Assembly: GCA_020341815.1 (NCBI GenBank)
Contig: CP070837.1
Coordinates: 8,034 to 72,033, forward strand
Length of the DNA: 64,000 nucleotides
Direction of reading: 5' to 3'
DNA from: Candidatus Omnitrophota bacterium
GTDB lineage: Bacteria; Omnitrophota; Gorgyraeia; JAFGHF01
Shown: positions 55,446 to 64,000 of the stretch, in pieces
Layout: the number at the start of each line of letters is the position of its first letter
Numbering within the stretch: the stretch's first letter is position 1
Notes under the pieces: generated by a model
Told to the model about the DNA's origin: nothing
Databases searched by the model: none
Seen by the model: the letters and a program-made list of their open reading frames with translations, nothing else
Position numbers and translations under genes: made by a program

Positions 55446-57133
55446 ATTTTTACGTCCTCGAGTTTCAGCTGAATAGAAAAATTTCCCTGCCAGTTATTTA
55501 CAGAAGGTGCATAAGCTAAAGATACAGTCTCGCCCGCTTCAAGCTCAGGAAAATTTCCCTTCTTGTTATAACCTATCGCTTCACAGGTAAGCTTTCCGTC
55601 TGTAACCCAAAATTTTATATGATTGCCTGCGACTATAGATACCTTAGACTTAACCTTGAGTCCCGATGAGCAGATTAAAGGCTCAGGATTATCCGCTCCG
55701 AAAGGCGAAAGGCTATTCAATTCATTAATCAAATTTTCGCTTAAACTGGAAAGAAGGATTTCGGCATCTATTTCCAAGGCAGGCACCAGATCTTCCGGCA
55801 GGAGCATCTCTTTGGTTACTCTATTGATTGTCCGAAAAAAGTCGCTGAATCTGGTTTTTTTCAGCTTTAACCCGCAGGCGCGCCTGTGGCCGCCGTATTC
55901 CTCAAGTAAATCCTTGCATTTCCTTAAGGCCTCCAAAAGATGAAAATTGCCGATTGAACGGCCTGAACCCCTCCCAAACTCATCTTCCAGGCTCATCATA
56001 ATTGTCGGACGCATGTAGCGCTCCACCAGGCGCGAGGCCACGATGCCGATTACCCCCCGATGCCAATGCGGCGCGCCCAGGACAATTATACTGTGTTCCT
56101 TAAAATTGATTTGGCTCTCTACCTGCTCGATGGCTTCCTGAAGGGTGCGGCTCTCAATCCTCTGCCTGAGGCGATTCCCCTGGTTAAGCTTTTGGGCAAG
56201 GGTTCGAGCCTCAAGCTCTGTCCTGGCTAAAAGCAGGCGCAGGGAATCCTCAGGGCTGCCCAGCCTTCCGCTGGCATTTATTCTCGGCCCCAGAATAAAG
56301 CCGATATGCCTGGCGTTAAGGGTTCGATTATCCAGGCCGGAGACCTCCATCAGGGCCACCAGGCCCAATTTCCTGGTCTGGCTTAAGCTGGAGAGGCCGT
56401 GCTTGACAAAAACCCTGTTCTCCCCTGTAAGAGGAACGACATCGCCCACAGTGCCCAGGGCAATAATATCCAGATGATTATCCAGGACGGCCTTTTGATT
56501 ATCCATAAGGGCACAAGCCAGCTTTGCCGCCAGCCCCACCCCGGCCATATACTTATAAGGATAGGAGCAGTCTTTCTGTAAAGGATTGATAATCGCCCAG
56601 GCTGCTTTAGGCAGGGAGCCTTCTTTGGGCTGGTGATGGTCACAGACAATGGTATCGATGCCTGAACTTTTCAGGTAGGTTATCTCTTTATCGGCCGAGA
56701 TTCCGCAATCAACCGTAATCAAGAGGCCAACGCCCTTAGCCTTGGCCTCTTTGGCACCTTTTTCATTCAAGCCGTAGCCTTCTTCAAGGCGATTGGGAAG
56801 ATAGTGCAAGGCGCGCGCGCCCATCTCGCCCAGCACGGAAATCAAAAGGGCTACACTGGTGACACCGTCAATATCGTAATCGCCCCAGACCATAATCTTC
56901 TCATCGCTGCTAATAGCCTTTTTAATCCTGGCTACCGCCTTTTTCATCCCTTTGAGAAGGAAGGGCGAATGCAGGCCGGTCAAACTGCAACTCAGGAAGC
57001 TCTCCGCCTCTTTTACGCCGGAAACTCCGCGATTAATCAGGATCTGGGCCAAGATTTCGGATACCCTCAAGGCCCGGCTGATTTCCTTACGCAGGCGGCT
57101 ATTGGAACGCCTGATGTTCCAGATTTTTTCCAT
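55436..57133 (-). CDS. recJ: single-stranded-DNA-specific exonuclease RecJ
   Basis: DHH (GDYDIDGVTS...DHH) and DHHA1 domains; start trimmed to MEKIWNI so it no longer overlaps secDF. Confidence 0.85.
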   Translation of the reverse strand: MEKIWNIRRSNSRLRKEISRALRVSEILAQILINRGVSGVKEAESFLSCSLTGLHSPFLLKGMKKAVARIKKAISSDEKIMVWGDYDIDGVTSVALLISVLGEMGARALHYLPNRLEEGYGLNEKGAKEAKAKGVGLLITVDCGISADKEITYLKSSGIDTIVCDHHQPKEGSLPKAAWAIINPLQKDCSYPYKYMAGVGLAAKLACALMDNQKAVLDNHLDIIALGTVGDVVPLTGENRVFVKHGLSSLSQTRKLGLVALMEVSGLDNRTLNARHIGFILGPRINASGRLGSPEDSLRLLLARTELEARTLAQKLNQGNRLRQRIESRTLQEAIEQVESQINFKEHSIIVLGAPHWHRGVIGIVASRLVERYMRPTIMMSLEDEFGRGSGRSIGNFHLLEALRKCKDLLEEYGGHRRACGLKLKKTRFSDFFRTINRVTKEMLLPEDLVPALEIDAEILLSSLSENLINELNSLSPFGADNPEPLICSSGLKVKSKVSIVAGNHIKFWVTDGKLTCEAIGYNKKGNFPELEAGETVSLAYAPSVNNWQGNFSIQLKLEDVKISR

Positions 57134-57137
57134 TTTT

Positions 57138-59303
57138 TTATCTTTTTCTATGCCAATCGACAAGGATGGGGCTGGCCACAAAAATTGACGAATAGGTACC
57201 CACGATTATGCCCACTAAAAGCACAAAGGCAAAATCGTTGATTACCGCTCCTCCTAAGAAAAACAGGGCCAGGACCACCAGAAGCGTGGTCAAAGAGGTA
57301 AGCAGGGTTCGGCTTAAGGTCTGATTGATGCTGGCATTGATGATTTCCTCGTAGCTTGCCTTGCGCATCAGCCGCATATCTTCGCGAATGCGGTCAAAGA
57401 CGACAATGGTGTCGTTGATGGAATAGCCCACTACGGTCAAAAGCGCAGCGATTACCGGAAGAGAGAACTCTCGTCCGGTAAAGCTCAATGCCCCGGCGGC
57501 GATTAAGACATCGTGAAAAAGCGCCGCAATAGCCGCAATGGCAAAACGAAATTCAAAACGAAAAGAGATATAGATACAGATACCGATTAAAGCAAATATC
57601 AAAGCGCGGATTGCCCTCTTGGTCAAATCCTTACCCACCGACGGCCCCACCTTCTCTATGCGCAAGATTTCAAAGGGGTTTCCGGCAAAGGCGCTTTTGA
57701 ACTTATCGATAATCTTATTCTCCGCATCGGCGTAAGTCCTGATTAAGATATTCCTTTTGTCCTTATATTGTTGAATGGGAGAGTCACCCAGATCTATCTC
57801 TTTTAACGCTGTCCTTGCCTCATCAGTCGAAATAGGCTTCTCAAAACGAAACTCCTGAAGCGAGCCTCCGGAGAAATCTATCCCTAAGTTTTCCTTGCCG
57901 CGCGTGCCCAGGCTGATTAACCCGACAATAATCAAGACTATGGAAATCACATAGGCGGCCTTTCTTTTGCCGATAACATTAAAATGAGGGCCTCTTATAA
58001 ACTGCAGCATAGGCAGGCTCTTCAATACCTTCCCCAGAGAAAGAATATCAAAGATAACCCGTCCCACCACCAAAGCCGTAAACATACTGGCTAAAATACC
58101 GATGCTCAAGGTGGTGGCAAAGCCCTTTACCGGCCCGGTGCCAAATTGAAAAAGGATAAAGGCGGCAATAAGGGTGGTAACATTGGCATCTAAAATAGTT
58201 AAAAAGGCCTTTTGGTAGCCGTTTGAGATAGCCAGGCGCAGGCTCTTTCCCAGCTTCAATTCCTCTCTTATTCTCTCAAAAATGAGCACATTGGCATCAA
58301 CGGCCATGCCTATGGTCAGGACAATTCCGGCAATGCCGGGAAGGGTCAAGGCCGCGCCCAGGCGCGGATACGAAAGCACACCCAGTATAATCACCAGATT
58401 CAGGCAAAGGGCAAAATTGGCAATCAGCCCGGCCCATAAATAATATCCGCCCATAAACACCAAAACCAGGACTGCCCCTACAATAATCGACTCAATCCCC
58501 TTCCTTATAGAGTCCTCTCCCAGGGCCGCCCCGACGGTCCTTTCCTCTTCAACTTGTATGGGTGCAGGAAGCGCTCCTGTACGCAGGACCAAAGATAAAT
58601 CTGCGGCCTCATCTTCGCTGAAGCGTCCGGTAATCTGACCCTTGCCTCCGGGTATCTGGCTCTGGATAACCGGAGCGCTCTTTACCTTGCCGTCTAAGAC
58701 TATAGCCAATCTCTTGCCGATATTATTTTTGGTCAGGCGGGAAAAGGTGCGCGCCCCTTTGGAATTCAAGCTAAAGCTGACATAAGGGTTAATCTCCATC
58801 GAACCCCACTCCACACGGGCATCGACAAGACTATCCCCCATAAGCGAGGCATCCTTCTCCAGAAGCAGGGGCCTCTTGTCCAGATATTTCAGCTCATATC
58901 CGGCCGGGACATTCCCATCCAAGGCTGCGGTAAGCTTTCCTTCTTCTTCGTTAACTAATTTAAACTCCAGGTGCGCCGTCTGCTTGATAATCTGCAGCGC
59001 CCTGTCTCTGTCGGTAACCCCGGGCAGCTGAACCACGATATGGTCTCTGCCCTGCTTCTGAATCAGCGGCTCACTCACTCCGAACTGGTCGATACGATTG
59101 CGGATTATTTCTATAGCCCGATCGGTAGCATCAGCCCTTACCTCCTGGGGCACCTTCTCGATATCCACTTTCAGGATAAGATGCATCCCGCCTTTTAAGT
59201 CCAGCCCTAACTTTACCTTCTCCTGCGGCGGATAGGCCATCCAGAAGGCCCAGCCCACCACACAAACTACCAACAGGGCCTTCCATTTTAGATTCTTAAT
59301 CAT
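57138..59303 (-). CDS. secDF: protein translocase subunit SecDF (fused)
   Basis: SecD periplasmic domain then two 6-TM blocks; 721 aa. Confidence 0.9.
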   Translation of the reverse strand: MIKNLKWKALLVVCVVGWAFWMAYPPQEKVKLGLDLKGGMHLILKVDIEKVPQEVRADATDRAIEIIRNRIDQFGVSEPLIQKQGRDHIVVQLPGVTDRDRALQIIKQTAHLEFKLVNEEEGKLTAALDGNVPAGYELKYLDKRPLLLEKDASLMGDSLVDARVEWGSMEINPYVSFSLNSKGARTFSRLTKNNIGKRLAIVLDGKVKSAPVIQSQIPGGKGQITGRFSEDEAADLSLVLRTGALPAPIQVEEERTVGAALGEDSIRKGIESIIVGAVLVLVFMGGYYLWAGLIANFALCLNLVIILGVLSYPRLGAALTLPGIAGIVLTIGMAVDANVLIFERIREELKLGKSLRLAISNGYQKAFLTILDANVTTLIAAFILFQFGTGPVKGFATTLSIGILASMFTALVVGRVIFDILSLGKVLKSLPMLQFIRGPHFNVIGKRKAAYVISIVLIIVGLISLGTRGKENLGIDFSGGSLQEFRFEKPISTDEARTALKEIDLGDSPIQQYKDKRNILIRTYADAENKIIDKFKSAFAGNPFEILRIEKVGPSVGKDLTKRAIRALIFALIGICIYISFRFEFRFAIAAIAALFHDVLIAAGALSFTGREFSLPVIAALLTVVGYSINDTIVVFDRIREDMRLMRKASYEEIINASINQTLSRTLLTSLTTLLVVLALFFLGGAVINDFAFVLLVGIIVGTYSSIFVASPILVDWHRKR

Positions 59304-59314
59304 CGGCGTATACC

Positions 59315-61169
<1,855 letters not shown>

Positions 61170-61173
<4 letters not shown>

Positions 61174-62177
61174 ATTATCAACATGGCATCGCCATAGGAG
61201 AAAAATCTATATTTTCTCTCGATTGCCTGCCTGTATGCCTCGAATAGCAACTCTTTCCCCGCAAAGGCACTCACCAGCATTAGAAGCGTGGATTTGGGAA
61301 AATGAAAATTGGTCAGAAGGCAATCTACCGCCTTGAAATCATAAGGGGGATAGATAAATAAATCCGTCCAGCCCTCTCTGCCGCTGGCACTTTCCAAAAC
61401 ACGCACGGATGTCGTGCCTACGGCAAGGACCCTGCCGCCTTGTCTGCGCGTAGCGTTAATTGTCTTTTTTGTTTCTTCAGGCAGGATAAAATATTCCTTG
61501 TGCATTTTATGCCTGCTCAAATCCTCACTCTTGACAGGGGCGAATGTTCCGTAATTGATATGCAAAGTCAGATAAACCACATTTACGCCTTTGGCCCGGA
61601 TATCCTCTAAAACTTCCTTAGTGAAATGCAATCCTGCCGTAGGAGCGGCAGTGGCACCTTCAACTTCTGCATAAACCGTCTGGTATCTTTCTGCATCTGA
61701 CTCTACAGGCTCTCTTTTGATATACGGGGGAAGCGGCACTCTGCCAAACTCACGCCAGATGTCCCGACCGCTAAACTTTACAATCTTACTCATCCCTTGG
61801 TCGCTCAGCACCGTAGCAGATGAGCTGCCGTTATTAAACACTATTTTCATACCCGTGGTTAATTTTTTTGCGGGGCGGGCTAAAACGCGATACGTATTAT
61901 CGGATAAGTCTTCCTGAAAAAATACCTCCTGTCTGCCGCCGGCTGTGCTTTGTCTTCTGCCAATCAGCCTGGCGCAAATTACCCGCGTATTATTCAAAAC
62001 CAGGCAGTCCCCGGGTAAAAGATAGTCAAGGATATCCTGAAAATGCCCGTGCCTAATCCTTTTTTTGGCCCGCTCCAGGACTAACAGCCGCGAGTCCTGC
62101 CTCCGGACTAAAGGATATTGGGCAATCAGCTCTTTAGGTAAGTGATAATCAAAATCAGAAAGTCTCATAATCTGCAC
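61170..62177 (-). CDS. queA: S-adenosylmethionine:tRNA ribosyltransferase-isomerase
   Basis: LSDFDYHLPKELIAQYP...TAGLHFT. Confidence 0.9.
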
Positions 62178-63309
62178 TGAAATCCTTAATCTTGCTCTCC
62201 GGATAATAATAATTCAGAATCTGTTCGCTGTTGAAACCTTCCCTGGCCATAAAGAAGCTCCCCCACTGGCACATCCCTACGCCGTGACCCCAGCCGTAAC
62301 CTTCAAAATAGGCCTGTCTTTTTTTAATCTCTACCGTAAAGTTTGTGCTTTTGATAATGTTGGGCCCTACGGCTAAACGAAAGCGGTTGCCGCCGACTTT
62401 GATTTTGCCGCGCGTGGAAGTTATCTCAAGCTCGGTAATTCGGCTGGAGATATCTTTATCTACAATCTCCATGGACTTAATCAAGCCTACCTTAAATCCC
62501 GCTTTCTCCAGGGCCTCCTCCATATCCTGCAGGGAAACCTTTTTTTTCCAGTGAAAATGCGGCGAGCGCCGGCAGAACTGACACTCCCTTCCCTTCAAAG
62601 GGGTTAAATTAATATTCCAGAGCTTACCGGCCTCCTCCGTATATCCGGCGCAGGTGGCATGATAAAAGCTGGAGAAAAGTTTATTACTATAAGTCAAAAC
62701 CTTATTTTTGGTGTATTTGACTGCCCTTGAGGTCCTGCCTCTCTCCGAGGTCCTTCCGCCATAGACCTGGGAATAGATAGTCGAGACAAGGTCGTAGTCC
62801 TGTTTTGCATTAACCTTGGCCTGATGCAAGGCAAAGGTGCGCGAGACAATCGCCTGGGCCTTAAGGGCCTCCATCGGCCACCAGGGGGCTACCTCATGGT
62901 AAAGCACGCCACGAATATATTCTTCCACATCCAGGTGATTGACTACCAGAAGTTTATTATTGCTCTGGCGGATGATATCGATTGCCCCTCTGAATCTGCG
63001 GTTGTTGAGATAAATTGAAGGACTCTTATCGGGTTGAATCCTTACGCCGTAAATCTTGAAATTCTGCTCTCCAATATTAATCCCTCCCTCGGCAAGCGAA
63101 ACCTTCGTATGCCAGAGGCGCTTGCCCTTATAAAGCTCTTCGTTTGTGTTTAAGGCCAGGACACGATAGGCAGAGCGAACGGAAAGGTCGGCTTCGGCAG
63201 CATCCTTGATTACGGCTACGCGCACCAGATGCGACTCAGCCCGGCTTATCGAAGGGAAAAAAGCTAAAGAAAAAAATAATATTAAAGCAATTTTTAGATA
63301 TCTCATCAT
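62155..63309 (-). CDS. SpoIID/LytB domain protein
   Basis: Signal peptide and SpoIID amidase-enhancer domain (HATCAGYTE). Confidence 0.7.
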   Translation of the reverse strand: MMRYLKIALILFFSLAFFPSISRAESHLVRVAVIKDAAEADLSVRSAYRVLALNTNEELYKGKRLWHTKVSLAEGGINIGEQNFKIYGVRIQPDKSPSIYLNNRRFRGAIDIIRQSNNKLLVVNHLDVEEYIRGVLYHEVAPWWPMEALKAQAIVSRTFALHQAKVNAKQDYDLVSTIYSQVYGGRTSERGRTSRAVKYTKNKVLTYSNKLFSSFYHATCAGYTEEAGKLWNINLTPLKGRECQFCRRSPHFHWKKKVSLQDMEEALEKAGFKVGLIKSMEIVDKDISSRITELEITSTRGKIKVGGNRFRLAVGPNIIKSTNFTVEIKKRQAYFEGYGWGHGVGMCQWGSFFMAREGFNSEQILNYYYPESKIKDFSADYETF

Positions 63310-63389
63310 ATAAAAATAAAACCTAGCGCAATAAGAACTAGGCCTATGAAAATCAACACCCTGCCTAGATTAGCCGGCATATCTCTTAT

Positions 63390-64000
63390 TTAAAACAATT
63401 CCTTCCGGCCCTTATTCAGGTGGCTGTGCCCCAGCTCGGTTACTTCTCTGCCGCGGGAGGTGCGCTTGATGTAGCCGATTTTCAGGAGAAACGGCTCCAC
63501 TATATCTACAATGGTATCGCTTTCCTCATTCAGGGTGGCAGCCAATGACTCGATACCTACAGGCCCGCCATTATAATAATCGATGATTACCTTAAGCACC
63601 CTGCGGTCTATATTGTCCAGGCCGACTCCGTCCACCCCCTGGGCATCAAGGGCTGCGCAGGCAACTTCTTTACTCAAATGCCCTCCGGCCTTCACCTGGG
63701 CATAGTCCCTCGCCCGGCGCAAAAGACGATTGGCTACGCGAGGCGTGCCCCGGGAGCGCCGGGCAATCTCATAGGCGCCTTCTTCATCCAGAGAAATATT
63801 CAAAATCTTCGCCGAGCGCCTGAGTATCTCTATAATCTCTTCGCAATTATAGAAATCGAAATGGAAAAATATCCCGAACCGGCTGCGCAAAGGCGCTGTA
63901 AGCAGTCCGGCGCGCGTGGTTGCCCCTATCAGGGTAAAGCGCTTGAGATTAAATTTAATCGTCTTGGCATAAGGGCCCTTATCGATTACAAAATCTATCT
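63390..64000 (-). CDS. ruvB: Holliday junction helicase RuvB, C-terminal part (5' end beyond the window)
   Basis: RGTPRVANRLLRRARD...winged-helix C-domain; frame open to 64000. Confidence 0.85.
   Translation of the reverse strand, partial: IDFVIDKGPYAKTIKFNLKRFTLIGATTRAGLLTAPLRSRFGIFFHFDFYNCEEIIEILRRSAKILNISLDEEGAYEIARRSRGTPRVANRLLRRARDYAQVKAGGHLSKEVACAALDAQGVDGVGLDNIDRRVLKVIIDYYNGGPVGIESLAATLNEESDTIVDIVEPFLLKIGYIKRTSRGREVTELGHSHLNKGRKELF

Overview
This 64 kb window is bacterial chromosome with mixed GC (about 45-50% in core genes, AT-rich in patches) and a dense housekeeping backbone, almost all on the minus strand. Recognisable backbone genes include rmuC, arfB, rph, class I fumarase alpha/beta, queE, rimO, rodZ, ftsK, pnp, rpsO, rnhA, rpoD, dnaG, rpmB, recJ, secDF, yajC, tgt, queA, ruvB, a two-component system, and glycosylation genes (GT87, Ppm1, ArnC-like GT2, LAB_N, GT39). 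It also carries five tRNAs and an RNase P RNA (rnpB) missed by the ORF track. Several points stand out. (1) tRNA-Arg(UCU) at 26034-26304 is split by a 194-nt group I-like intron in the anticodon loop. Its 3' end (gatggcgtccccgg) recurs twice more as att-like direct repeats at 15744 and 12335, delimiting two tandem integrated elements. (2) Element 1 (about 15.7-26.0 kb) is an AT-rich putative defense island. It carries a large serine recombinase, two XRE regulators, a coupled three-gene operon ending in an unusually long PIN-like nuclease, a HEPN-like (Rx6H) protein, a lone Trypco2-like small protein, and an N6-adenine MTase + DUF262-HNH + PD-(D/E)xK nuclease trio. (3) Element 2 (12.3-15.7 kb) carries a single cargo gene, a membrane-anchored 944-aa protein with a novel N-domain fused to an ApgM-like (alkaline-phosphatase superfamily) mutase domain, plus a 69-codon recombinase remnant. 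(4) There are three families of small repeat elements. One is a roughly 100-bp TIR MITE (4 copies); one copy is inserted into helix P9 of rnpB, and another supplies the stop codons of two convergent genes. The second is a TAGTCGCTAGT-type TIR element (3 copies); one carries a four-helix-bundle (23S IVS-type) gene, and the elements supply stop codons to flanking genes. The third is a stop-hairpin-GTG intergenic module (2 copies) that sequesters the SD of the downstream gene. No CRISPR array was found.
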